NCBI GenBank assembly: GCA_009103225.1
Contig: RHPI01002945.1
Location: 1 to 35,663 of the forward strand
Length of the DNA: 35,663 nucleotides
Direction of reading: 5' to 3'
DNA from: Chlorokybus atmophyticus
Taxonomy: Eukaryota; Plantae; Mesostigma and Chlorokybus algae
Shown: positions 1 to 11,251 of the stretch, in pieces
Layout: the number at the start of each line of letters is the position of its first letter
Numbering within the stretch: the first letter of the stretch is position 1
Program-made: the position numbers and the translations under genes
Notes under the pieces: model-generated
What the model was told of the DNA's origin: nothing
Seen by the model: only the letters and a program-made list of their open reading frames with translations
The model's database searches: none

Positions 1-23
1 CTGCTCGCAGAACTCGAAGGCAG

Positions 24-700
24 GTGCCGCTGACGGCACAACTGGCTTGTGCCGAGAACGGATTCTGCTGCAGGCGCCGTGTGTGGGTGTGTTTAAGAGT
101 GCTATGTTGCAGGCCTATGGGGCTGTTAACCCATCGCAGAAAGAAAGCACGTGACAAGCTCAGGCGCTTGAAAGTCAAGCCCGGGCAATCAGTGGAGGAC
201 TTTACTGTCTTCTTCGAGTCAGTATGTGCCGAAGTCGGCTCTGACATGCCACTCTTTAACGCGGAGAAGATGAACAAGTATTGGGCTGCTCTGCCAGAGG
301 ATATGCAGAAAGCAGTTGACCTTCAAGGAAGGCCTTGAATCCTTCACTCATGCTGGCTACGATTTGATGAAGCGCACGGCTGCATGACAACAGCCAGCGC
401 ATGATCAACCAGGCCAAGAAGCTGACTCTTGTGAACAGCTCCCAGCCCTCATCGTCCACCACCACAGTTGTTTGTGGCAATGGCAATGGCAGAGGCAACA
501 ACCGCAAGCGCGGGCGCCCTAACAGCAAAGGCAAGCAACCCTTCCAGCCTGCCAACAAGAAGCGCACCAACAACCTTCCAGAGGTCAGCCCTGAGCTGAA
601 GGGTGCTTGCTTCAAGGCCGGAGTGTGCCTCAAGTGCGGGGAGAAAGGCCATCGAGTGGTCATCTGCCCCAACCCCGCCAATGACAAGCCCGTCGCATAG
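24..700 (+). pseudogene. gag: gypsy Gag (retrotransposon-gag domain plus CCHC zinc knuckle), frameshifted
   Basis: ARDKLRRLKV..GQSVEDFTVFFE in ORF 24-338 and CLKCGEKGHRVVIC (CX2CX4HX4C) in ORF 401-700. The two ORFs are in different frames, and there is a TAG at 698-700. Confidence 0.9.
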
Positions 701-757
701 GATGACGGGGAGGAGAGCTGCTCGACTAGCAGCAAGGCCCTGCCAGCTACCAACATT

Positions 758-1140
758 GTGCTAAACTTTGTTGGTAATGTACACCCTTCCCTTCGCACAT
801 GTGACGTTGCTGTATGGGACAATAATATGGGTGTGCCTGTTGACTTCGACTTTTTGATACATGACTGTGTGGGCAAGCATGTGCTGCTCAATGCGCCTTG
901 TTACAAGTTGTCAATGGTGCTTAAGCACTGTGTAGAGTGCAAGAGCAAAAGTTCGCATAACACAAGTGCATGTATCATAATGCCCAAATATAGAGGACCA
1001 TGGCTGTCCTTTACAAAGGGTATGCAAGTGGTGCAGGAGATTGACAAGGCTCAGACTGGTTTGGGATGCTCCGTGCGTGTTATGTATAACTCGCCAATTC
1101 TCCACCAGGGAAATCACGTGGACTTGACGTGGCTGTTCAA
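758..1140 (+). pseudogene. Dam-like N6-adenine DNA methyltransferase-like segment between Gag and protease (degenerate)
   Basis: FLIHDCVGKHVLLNAPC (NAPC at 890-901, resembling the NPPF/Y catalytic motif IV) is followed by KLSMVLKH..CK...NTSACIIMPKY..PW, the layout of Dam-like MT domains known from DIRS retroelements. Same frame as the zinc knuckle. Confidence 0.6.
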
Positions 1141-1173
1141 GGCAACAGTTGCACGTGTGCCATCTATATTTTA

Positions 1174-1450
1174 ATGATTGATACTGGCACTCTGGAGAAC
1201 TTCGTGAGTGAAGCTCTGGTACAAAGGCTGGGTATCCATGTGGATAAAGCCAGCGAAGTCGTAGCCACACTGGATGAGCACGTCACATCCCTGTAAGGGG
1301 CACTGTGCGTTTGGATCTGCTTGTACAGGGCTATCATGCGCAACTTAGGTTCTTTGTGGTACCAGTACAGGTACCAGGTGTTGATGTCATTGTTGGTGCT
1401 CGTTGGGAACGTGCTAATGGACTGCGCACAGATGCACACACTGGCATGTG
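1174..1450 (+). pseudogene. pol: gypsy aspartic protease
   Basis: MIDTGTLENFVSE (DTG at 1180-1188) and downstream DVIVGARW (the usual DVILG motif); frameshifted. Confidence 0.85.
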
Positions 1451-1849
1451 CAGTGTACGCAAAGGAAGAGGGCGTGTGACCCTCAGAGCAGAGGGATGTG
1501 ATGATACTTCCCCTGTCTCTAGTGATGCACCGTGTGATGCATTACCACTATTGTTGAGTGCCATGCAGGTGAAAAGAGCTGTAAAGAAAGCTGCAACACC
1601 TCTTCTGGTGCTGGTCAAGCCACTTGCTGACGAGAGTCACACTTTACTCGGTGAGACTGTTAACAGTGCACAAGACACAGTATTAGAGGCTCTGATGCAT
1701 GAGTATTTTTATGTGTTCAGAGCTGAGATGCTTAAGATGCCACCTAAGAGGGAAGTCTGGCATACTAACCCTCTCATGACGGGTGCACATCCTCCATTCA
1801 GACCTGTGAATCAGCTGAGCACGCGGACATAGAGAGGCAAATCAAGGCA

Positions 1850-2984
1850 TTGCTTGTGAAGGGATTGATTGAGCTAACTAGCTCTCCCTTCGGGGCACCT
1901 ATTCTGTTCGTACCTAAGAAGGACGGCAGGCTACGCATGTGCGTAGACTATAGGGCTCTGAACAAGCTCATCATCAAAGATAGGTACCCACTGCCCAGGA
2001 TTGATGATCTGTTGAATTTGCTGAACGGAGCCTAAGTGTTCAGTTCATTGAATTTGATCAGTGGATACCACCAGATAAGGATTACCTTGGAAGATGTGCC
2101 TAAGACAGCGTTCAGAACACCTGTGGGCCACTTCCAGTACAAGGTACTACCTTATGGGCTGACAAATGCGCCAGCTACCTTCCAAGCTATGATGAACCGG
2201 GTGTTCCATAAGCTGATAGGGCTTATGGACTGTATTTGTGTATTTGGATGACATCATAGTGTTCAATAAGGACCCTGAGTTACATGTGATACGTGTACGT
2301 GAGGTGTTGAACACGTTGCGTGCCAACAAATTCTTTGCGGACATGCCCAAATGTGAATTTGGGAAAACTGAGCTGGAATGCTTGGGGCACATTGTTAGTG
2401 CAAAGGGCGTGTGCTCTGATTCTAAGAAGGTTGCGAAGGTCAAAGAGTGGCCTGCTCCTAAGAATGTGCACGAGTTGCGTGCCTTCTTGGGTTTAAGCAA
2501 CTATTTCCGAAAGTACATTCTGGGTTACTCGTCCATAGTAGCACCCCTCACCAACTTGTTACGTGACAAAGTTGTGTGGAGGTGGGCACAAGGGCAGGCA
2601 AGAGCCTTCGAGTCCATCAAAGAGGCCTTGGTGACAGCACCTGTATTACAATTGCCTGACTTCACCAAGCACTTTGAGGTTGTGAGTGATGCATCCCTTG
2701 ATAGCACTGGTGCAGTACTGCTCCAAGAGGGACACCCGCTTGCATATTTGAGCAAGAAGTTCTCTCCTGCTGAGAGGAACTATACCACAACTGAGCAAGG
2801 GGGGGGCTATGCGCTATCGGAGTGGCGCTGCTACTTGGAGGGGGTGGAGAGTGAGTTTACAATGGTAACAGACCACAACCCCCTTGTTTTCTTTCAGACC
2901 CAACCCTGTCAAGGAGACAAGCACGGTGGGCTGAGTATCTATCCCGTTTCAACTTCACTTGGGTGTACAAATCAGGCAGAGTGA
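1850..2984 (+). pseudogene. pol: gypsy reverse transcriptase and RNase H
   Basis: [79 protein letters not shown]. Contains a stop at 2033-2035 and frameshifts. Confidence 0.97.
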
Positions 2985-3399
2985 ACGTGGCAGACCTTTT
3001 GAGTCGCTCGCCTCTGTTGCGAGCAGCAATGACTCGGGCAAGTATGTACCCTAAGAAAGGGAGCACAACCCTAAGAATGGGAGCAACAACCAGGTCTCAG
3101 GTGCAAAGGCAATCTCATTCGCAACCAAGTGAGGCTTGTGCCGAGGAGTTGCCAATTGCGGTGAGGTGAATCAGTTTGTACCGAGAAACCAATGGCAGTT
3201 GCTGATGCAAGTGGGGAGGACCCGCTTGCGGATGATGATGAAAATGTGCAAGACATCGCTGCGCGTCTACCTGAGGCTTATGCACTTAACAACTGGTTTG
3301 TTGAGTTGCTAAAGCAAGGAGACGACAAGATCACTTGTCTCAAAGGTATGTGGTACCGTGAGGGCAAGTTGATTGTGCCAGATGCACTCAATTTAAGAA

Positions 3400-4440
3400 A
3401 AATTGCTCGTTCGAAGCACACAGCGCAGTGTACAGTGGTCACATGGGAATGACCAAAACCATTAAGCTACCGCAGCGACAGTACTGGTGGCCTACGTTGG
3501 TTGCTGATGCAACGGAGTATGTACAGAGCTGTGACACTTGTTAACGTGACAAGGCCTCACACCGTAAGCCAGCAGGGCTGCTGAAGCCATTGGCTATCCC
3601 AAGCTATCAGTGGGAAAGTGTGAGCATGGATCTGATCACATATCTGCCGGAGACAACGAAAGGGCATGATGCCATCATTGTTTTTGTAGACCGTCTTACT
3701 AAGATGGTTCGGTTTGAACCATGTCGCGCTAGCATTAGTGCGCAAGAGTTTGCGTATGCTTTTGTGAACACGGTGTTCAAGCTGCATGGGGTACCCGAAG
3801 AATTGGTATCTGATCGTGACCCCAGGTTTACCAGTCAGTTCTGGCAAGCAATGTGTCAGTACTTGGGGACTAAGCAGAGCGTGAGCACTGCTTACCATCC
3901 ACAAAGTGATGGGCAGACGGAGCGTGCGAATCAGGTGCTGGAGGATGTGTTGCGACAATACACTTCACCCAGGTTTGATGACTGGGATATGCATCTCGCA
4001 GTGGCTGAGTTCGCAGTGAACAATGCATGGCAAGAGTCATTGCACAGCACTCCGTTCTTTCTGAACTATGGTAGGCATCCTGTGACGCCTATGTCTCTGC
4101 AAGTTCAGCCGTTTAGCAAAGTGCCTACGGCTAGAGACTTTACAAAGCAGATGCATGCTGCATTGGCTTGTGCGAAAGACTGCCTGACAGCAGCTCAGGA
4201 TCGGCACAAGATGTATGTCGATCGGCAGCGCAGGCCAGGAGAGGGCTTGGAGGTTGGGGACAAGGTCTTGTTGAGCATTAAGAACATTAGGCTCAAGACC
4301 AGTGGTGTACGTAAGCCTGCCCAGGTGGCTTGGGCCGTTCACTGTCTCTGCAACTGTGGGATCAGCCTTTCAGCTTTAATTGGCAAAGAGCATGCGTGTC
4401 CACAATGTGTTTCATGAGGCGCTGCTCAAGCCATACAAGA
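3400..4440 (+). pseudogene. pol: gypsy integrase
   Basis: GLLKPL, WESVSMDLIT, VSDRDPRFTS, YHPQSDGQTERANQVLE (D,D35E), and a frameshifted GPF-type motif near 4330. Confidence 0.95.
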
Positions 4441-4493
4441 GCGATGGCAAAGTATAGCCACCTCCACCTCCTGTTGAGGTAGAGGGCGACCTT

Positions 4494-4652
4494 GAGTATG
4501 AGGTCGAAGCCATTGTTGGCAAGCGGTTTAGGAAGTTCATGAAGGGCTTCCGAACCGAGTACTTGGTAAAGGGGCTGGGTTATGGTGAAGAGCAGAAACC
4601 TCTGAAAGCCTATTTCTAACTTGGCAAACTGTACTGCTAAGCTGGAAGAGTT
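4494..4652 (+). pseudogene. C-terminal chromodomain of integrase (degenerate)
   Basis: Direct translation gives PPVEVEGDLEYEVEAIVGKRF...EYLVKGLGYGEE...ISNLANCTAKLEEF. The conserved Trp residues are mutated or lost. Confidence 0.85.
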
Positions 4653-4997
4653 TGAGAGTGAGCACAAATACACAGGTGCCACTTGAAGGAGCTTGTGCTC
4701 TTGAGCTTGTGCTCAGTTGCAATATATATATGAGTGTTGCACATATATATATGTGCAACACTCTTCTGTGACATACCAACAAGCCGGCACTGGTTACTTA
4801 GTATCGGAGTTGGTTGTCACTCCCGTGACTTGCTGGAAGAGTTTGAAAGTGAGCACAAATCCACAGGTGCCACTTGAAGGAGCTTGTGCTCTTGAGCTTG
4901 TGCTCAATTGCAATATATGTGCAACACTCTTTTGTGACATACCAACAAGCCCGCATCGGTTACTTAGTATCAGAGTTGGTTGTCACTCCCGTGACTT
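4641..4997 (+). repeat. Tandem duplication (191 bp + 166 bp) with a 32-bp perfect palindrome in copy 1
   Basis: 4641-4831 is repeated at 4832-4997. Copy 1 has 25 extra bp that form GAGTGTTGCACATATA/TATATGTGCAACACTC at 4732-4763. Confidence 0.95.
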
Positions 4998-5121
4998 GCA
5001 CTTGTTTTACGCATGGTGTGCGGTGATTCAGAAGGGCTGGCCACCCTTGCTGGCAATCATTGTACGGGGCTTGTGCTCCGTCAGTTTGCAACATGGAAGT
5101 TGCAATGCAAGTGGGGAGGAA

Positions 5122-5688
5122 TGTCACGTTCAAAGGACTGGCTTAAGTCACTCTCAGTTCCTTACTTATGTGGCAAGTATGAGGGACTAAGTGAGGATTC
5201 CGTATACTCATGGTGTGTGTAGCACCTGGCATATGTGCTCATGAAGTCAGTCCTTATGCATTAGTGTATAAAGACCTAGCAGCTACACATGGCACTGTCT
5301 ATCAGTAAGTACAGGACTGGTCAGTGTCAATGCGCAGAGTCGCACAGGCAGCAAGTCACTTGCCTATGTTGATGTGTCCGAGGATGGACAGGCCTGTGCT
5401 AACAGGTTAGCGCATAGGTGGGGAGGCCTTGTTGGCCTCGGACAACCTATGTGCCAGGGTGGAGAGCAGCAGGTAGTATAAGGGCGTGACTACCACTTTG
5501 TGGTGGCAATCGGTTGCTGGCCTTGCGGAGCTACTTGTGTGTGGGGTGCCTGGCTGAAGCTGTTGAAGGATGCTCTCCCCATCAACTCCTTGTGGGGTGT
5601 TGCTTGTTGCAAGGTGTGCAGTAAGTTGAACTGCTTGTGCAAAAGTTTGTGATGCTCTCAGCACGTAAGTTGAGTGGTTAACGTAACA
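5122..5688 (+). repeat. 3' LTR of the gypsy element (567 bp), preceded by a PPT at 5113-5121
   Basis: GGGGAGGAA is followed by TGTCACGTT. The end AACGTAACA is an 8/9 inverted match to the start. The partner LTR is outside the window. Confidence 0.75.
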
Positions 5689-6000
5689 TATATATTTAAT
5701 ATATATATATATACATGATATATATATACATATATATAACTTCATACATATTATATATATAATTAATATATACATATAGATTTATATTTATACATAAACC
5801 CTATATGTTTATATATATCGGTATACGAGTGTTGTAAGCATATTTTGTTTTATATAATATATTGTGTCTACCAAACTTATTATGTAAATTATATTTTATA
5901 CAAAAATATGCAATCATACATGTATATATGATTATATATTTATTTTGCTTTATGTATGATGATATATACATTCATAACATATCTTATTCGCATATACTTT
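5689..6000. repeat. AT-rich, decayed (TA)n-like tract
   Basis: Abrupt shift to TA-dinucleotide-rich sequence immediately after the LTR end, against a roughly 50% GC background. Confidence 0.9.
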
Positions 6001-6986
6001 GAGCAGTTGCATGACGTGGGGATGTGCTTGGGACGGTCGAGACCTGTAGAGACCTGTAGGACAGATCGAACGGCCGATAGCTGATAGTCGCCGCCGAGCC
6101 AATGAGAGGCAGGCGCGGTTGAACTCACAACGGATCACCTATGATAGGGCACCCCTTAAGGTAAGTGAGCAACGGATCAGCTAGGGTAAATGTCCCTAAC
6201 TTGGGAATGGGCCCTAACTTGGGGATCGCCCGTTTTTGGCCATAACTGGCGGTCTAGTTGGTCTTTGCCGGCCAAAGTATAGGCCGTGATAGCGCTGGCC
6301 GAGAGCTACCCTAACGAACCTAAGACCTTGCCAAACGGCCAAGTAGAGCGGGAGTTTTGAATTCTCAAATTAAACAATTATGCTGATTCAAACGGGGTAC
6401 TGTCTTACTATATTTTGTTTGATCATAACTCTCTTGTATGAACGCCAATTGATATGGTGTTTTTTTGGTTGGGTTTGTAGAGGTTGTAACAGCTTAATTA
6501 CCAAGTTTCATGAAGTTTCACGCGAAAATGAGAGAGTTAGCATGACCCTATTTTGGGGATGACGCGCAACGCATTGATCAAAAAGTGAAGTTGTAGAAAT
6601 GGCTATTGTGGATGCTGAGACTTGGTGGGGCGTGTTGTTGGTTGTTGCAGTGCACTTTGCACACCCACAACCACTCACTAGTAGAGTGTGTGTTGCAATT
6701 GGTGTGAGGTCATGCTTGTGTGAGGTTAGCGGGGAGGGTGTGGAGAGGGCAAGCAAGTGAGAGTTTGAAGGCAAAGTGCATGTGTGGCAGTCCGAGAGAG
6801 ACAAACAGAGTTGCATTACACAGTTAGAGTGCTAACGCAGCAAAGTTACAACTACTCTACCACTTCTACAACTTGGGGCATGGTGACTCGCAGCTCTGCA
6901 AGGGGGGGGTTTGCACATGCATTAGCATGTTTGTCATCACTGTGACAGTTGCCACTCAGACCACCCTTGTTTGCATCCTTGTGCTA

Positions 6987-7698
6987 ATGCACTCTGCTGC
7001 ACTCGGCCAAGGCAAGCGAGTGAAGGCCAAAACCCCATCTGCCAACAAGCGCAAGCGTTACTACACCACATACGAGGAACCGGATGGAGGACATTCAGAG
7101 GGCTGTCTCCTCCATCAACCAGGGCTGCATGCAAGTCAGTGATGTTGTGAAAGATCTTGGCATCCACGACACCACCATGCGTAGGTTCCTGGCTCAATCA
7201 GACCTCTCCCTTTACAAGTAAGCCCCTTTCTTATGCACTGCCAGCTAATGTGTTAGTCAATAGGGTGTAACACAAGTGTATGCACAACAGGGGACCAGGT
7301 GCTGCCACCATCTTTACGGAGGCAGAAGAGAATGACTTAGCAGAGTGGGTGATATTCCGCAATAAATGGGGGAGAGGAGTAACATGGACAGAGGTGTGCA
7401 TCGAGGCAGGCAAGCGTCTTGTGTGTGATCCAAGAGCAAGCCTATTCATGAATGGAGTACCTGGTCTGAAGTGGTTTTCTGGTTTGAGAAGGAGGAAGGG
7501 GTTGACCAGCAGGAAGGCAGAACCCCTTGATAAGTTCAGGAGGGTCTCCCTGCGCAAGGACATTGTATACCACTACTTTGAGCTTCTGGCCGAGACTGTC
7601 ACCAAGCTGGGGGTTGGACCTGAGCGTATCATATCAGCGGACGAGGTTGGGATAGAGCCAGACACCAGCATGCAAAACCAAAGAATCATCTGCGAAAG
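6987..7698 (+). pseudogene. pogo transposase 5' exons: HTH_psq-like, CENP-B/Tc5 HTH and start of DDE domain
   Basis: MEDIQRAVSSINQGCMQVSDVVKDLGIHDTTMRRFL; phase-2 intron 7218-7290; GPGAATIFTEAEENDLAEWV...GVPGLKWFSGLRRR...IISADEVG; donor AG|GTAAAC at 7699. Frameshift near 7080. Confidence 0.88.
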
Positions 7699-7740
7699 GT
7701 AAACAGTTGCTTTGCTTACGCATACACACGGAATTTTTCC

Positions 7741-8270
7741 ACGGACCAGCCCTGGTCCGCACGTACGGACCAGGGCTAAAACGCCCGGGCGGCTTGGGGT
7801 CTGGACCAGGGTCGCCCGCCTTGATCTGCACGCGGAGACCAAGGCTGGTCCAAAAAGTACGTAATTGTCCCACGGTCCCCCAAACGGACCAGCCCTGGTT
7901 GCTGATATCATGACGAGCGCAATGGGACCAATGCTGGTCTGCCATGCGTGTTGCTGCATGCACCAAGGATGGTTCGCTCTTGGCACAGTTCTGTAAAAAG
8001 CATCACCACTACTGGTCCCGAGTAGCAGGACCATCCTTGGTTCGCACTGTGGGACCATGCATGGTCTACTTGTATCTTAATGTCTAGCCAAGATGGTCTG
8101 CAAAGATGGTCCCGACTAGTGGGACCAACCATGGCTCTGCTGGCGGGACCATGCCTGGTCCACACCCAACCATCTCTTTGTACCAGCCGAATCTCACTGC
8201 ATTGGTCCATGCTTGCATCCAGGGACCAGCATTGGTGCACGACACCCGCTGACATCCTGCACCAATAATG
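7741..8270. repeat. Left subterminal GGACCA/TGGTCC repeat array
   Basis: Many copies in both orientations; GGACCAGCCCTGGTCC at 7743-7758; perfect 12-bp-arm inverted repeat 7748-7759/7766-7777. Confidence 0.9.
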
Positions 8271-8299
8271 GTCTATGACCCATGCGCCAGCAATTCACG

Positions 8300-11251
8300 G
8301 TAACCCATTCTATTATATAGTGCGTGTCTGGCAATCAGCGAGACCTGCAAAGTGTTAAACATATCTATGCTAACTACAGCAATGTTCTCATAGCTACTAA
8401 GATCACCAGCGCTCATAGCCTGCCTATGATGAGACTGAGCGCATGCTGCGCACACCACGTGATCTCGGCACTGCACGCACACGTTCCTTCTGTTCCATAC
8501 TCTGCTCCATACTTGCAATTGTAGACGGCCTTTCAGATGAACGAGTGCACGCCGCGTGCGCCAACAGATTGTCGTAGACACTGCGCGCGCACACTGCATA
8601 TGAGCAACACCGCAACTGTAGAACACAATGTACATTTCTTAAAGAATAGACGCATAACAATTGCAACTTTGCACATCTCTGATATCTATCATTTGGAGGA
8701 TGCCGTCCTGCTTGGCTCCCATCGCCCCATGAAGGTGGAACCTCTTGGGCTCAGGCGTTTCACTTTCATCCGGCATGCCTGCATTCACAATGAGTGGCGA
8801 ATGTGTACAATCACATACACAGAGACCAGATTGCTCGTACATGGCACTATTAGCTTACAGCTTACCAGCTTACGAGCATACCCTATAGACTGCATTGTGA
8901 CACTGTGCATTGGTCACAGCTACCAAGCCTAATAGCGGTCTATAAGCTCAAAACATACATGGCCGTTTCTTCGTGTTTATCCAGCCCAGCTGACCACCCT
9001 GCGTTGGGTCTTCGCCCAGCCACTTCTTCTTCATTGCAAACTGCACAACCGCTTGCATGATACGCTGTGTTGGAATGCTGTCCATCCGGGCCTGGTCTCG
9101 AAAGGGAAGAGGTGCCACGCTCTCCATCAGCGCCACCTGCTTCTTCCGCCAAAATTCCCATTGCCGGCCAACCTGCGCCCTAGTAGGTGTTTGCTCAGTG
9201 CCACAGCACACAGCCGCCAGCATCTCCAGCTTCTCATCATCCATTGAAGCCTCGCGGTCCTGCATGGGCACATCATCAGCACAACCAGCAAGCACTTGAA
9301 ACAAGAAATTGCGCGCACATAGCTGACAAACCTGATCGTCTTGCTGCGCATTGGTGTTTAATTCTTCACATACTCTCGCCTGGCATTCCCCCATCCGGAC
9401 GTGCCTATTGAAGCTGCATTCACCGTTTTCACAAACGCAGGTGCCCATCTGGCTCATGAACATAAGTGGCCACTCAACCGTCACGCTCTGCACTCCATCA
9501 GTTGTCAGTGTCATAGGCGGTTCACATGTGCACACTTTAGCCAACTACACGCAACGCACGTCTCGCACTTGATGACATGCAGTGATAAAAGCATAGACTG
9601 TGCGTGACTGACAATCACCAACTTACCTCCAGCTCGGCGCGTGTGCAATAATCCGGTGTCTTGCCATGCATGAGCCTTTGCGACCTGATAGGTATGAACG
9701 GCCGCACGCTGTCGTCCTCCACGCAAAACACTGGCAGCCAGTTAATGATCTGCACGCTGTATGTGCGGCAGGGCTCATCCACCTCGGCAATCTCAAGAAT
9801 GGTGGCAACGGCCACGGGCACACATGGGTCTTCACGACTTGAGGATTGCATATCGACGTCAAAGACTTTATTCCGGTCGTAATCGTCTGCATGTCTGCAC
9901 CTTATAAACAGGCATCGTGTTACATAACACAACACAACAGCTGTACATTCAGCTTGCTTCACTCTAAGTGGAGTTGTCACAGTTCAGGGTTGCAATCATA
10001 TATGCGCGCACACAGTCCTTACCTGAATTTGAGCTAAGTAGCCCGCAGCACGTCATCTGGAAGGGGCCCGTCGCTCAAGGGGCACCACAGAACGACTGTC
10101 CGCGAAGGGCTGTAATCGTCAGGGCTGAAAACTCTGCCCCACCCTACAGACCGGCGACGAGCAGCTGTGCCGTGTTTGGCAGTTCGCTCTGCTTCTCGAG
10201 CATGCGCACGGAGCTAGACCCGCTGCTCCCTGGACTGTCCTTGGCGTTCACCTCGTTCTTCTTAACGCCCCTTCGATAAGTCCATCGGCGTCTTATGAAA
10301 TATGCTCAGATGTGCTCTGCCAAGCAAAAGTTATAAGGATGTCCACATGTCCAAAAAGCTGCTTTGGTCTCATAAGCTGGCCCCGTCCAAGACACTCTAC
10401 GACTTATGCATTTGCATAGCTGAGACCGTAGGACTCATAGGCACTGTCCAGTGTCTACGACTTATGCACTCCATTGCTGTGACCTAAAGACTCATAGGCA
10501 CTGTCCAGTGTCTACTTATGCAATCCATTGCTTCTAGATGCTCATAGGCACTGTTGTCAGCGTCTACGACGTATGCGTTCCATTGCTAAGACCTAAAGAC
10601 TCATAGGCACTGTCCATGTTCCAGCTTGACAAACAGTAACCGACCAACAGTGGCATTACTAACCAGTAGTAAAAACAGCTGGATATACATGAAGACTAGC
10701 TGAATTCAGCTGAACAGCAAGCCATCAAGTAACGTGACAACTAGGCAAGTAGCGTGATATCAACTGACTTGCAACAGTGGCAACACTGACCAGCAGCAAC
10801 AACAGCTTGAGGGCTAGCAAAGCTTGCTATATGCATGAATACGGGCTAGTTTCACCTGAACAGTTACCGATCTACACACAAGGCATTCAGAGCAAACCTT
10901 CACAGAAAACAATTGACCTCTGGACATGCGGAGCTCTATGCCTTCCCCAAACACTAAAGGCTCCAGCTTCGGCTCTAGCTCCTCACAGAACCTCTCCAGC
11001 TTGGCAATGCTGGCCTGCGCTGCATGATCCATGCTCCGCTTGTCGAAATTCACCTCCTTCCAACCTGGACCAGGGATTTGCTCCCACTGTTTGAGCTTGT
11101 TGGTGAACTTGTCCATGTTTCGCACATGGGTGGGGTGCACAAAGGAAAAGTTGTCCCTCAGGAACCTGTCCCCAGTTTTCTGGCCGTTGTTGCCACAGTT
11201 GAACACTTGGCTGGCAGAAGGCACTGCGGTCACCATTGTTACACTATGCAC
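8300..11251 (-). pseudogene. Multi-exon gene of unknown function, Cys-rich in parts (cargo of the CACTA-like element)
   Basis: Protein-like ORF blocks at 10814-11251, about 10040-10270 (internal stop), 9615-9980 and 8948-9544, with Cys clusters (CVCENGECSF..C, CQLC, CVQC..VCAAC..HH). No family recognised; exon structure unresolved. Confidence 0.45.
10397..10616 (+). repeat. About 57-bp minisatellite, locus 1 (about 4 units)
   Basis: Units of GACTCATAGGCACTGTCCAGTGTCTACGACTTATGCACTCCATTGCTGTGACCTAAA start at 10432, 10489, about 10539 and 10598. Confidence 0.9.

Larger units (their letters stand above)
1..5688 (+). mobile_element. Ty3/gypsy chromovirus LTR retrotransposon, 5' end outside window, decayed
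   Basis: Domain order gag-ZnK-PR-RT-RH-IN-chromodomain is seen across frameshifted ORFs, followed by a PPT and an LTR with TGTCACGTT...AACGTAACA ends. Confidence 0.95.

Noticed and set aside
6107-6125. Shared GCCAATGAG..GC.GGCGC (CCAAT-like) motif at about 6100 and about 35536
   Set aside because: The match is short and in direct orientation, with no further homology around it, so it cannot be distinguished from chance or a generic promoter motif.
7573-8268. Overlapping Gly/Pro/Trp-rich ORFs at the left end (also 20501-20930 and 33944-34295)
   Set aside because: These are by-products of the GC-rich GGACCA/TGGTCC subterminal arrays.
10302-10487. Repeated peptide IGTVQCLRLMHS in ORFs 10302-10487, 31192-31434 and 32669-33034 as a protein repeat domain
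   Set aside because: It is a translation of the intronic 57-bp minisatellite, not coding sequence.
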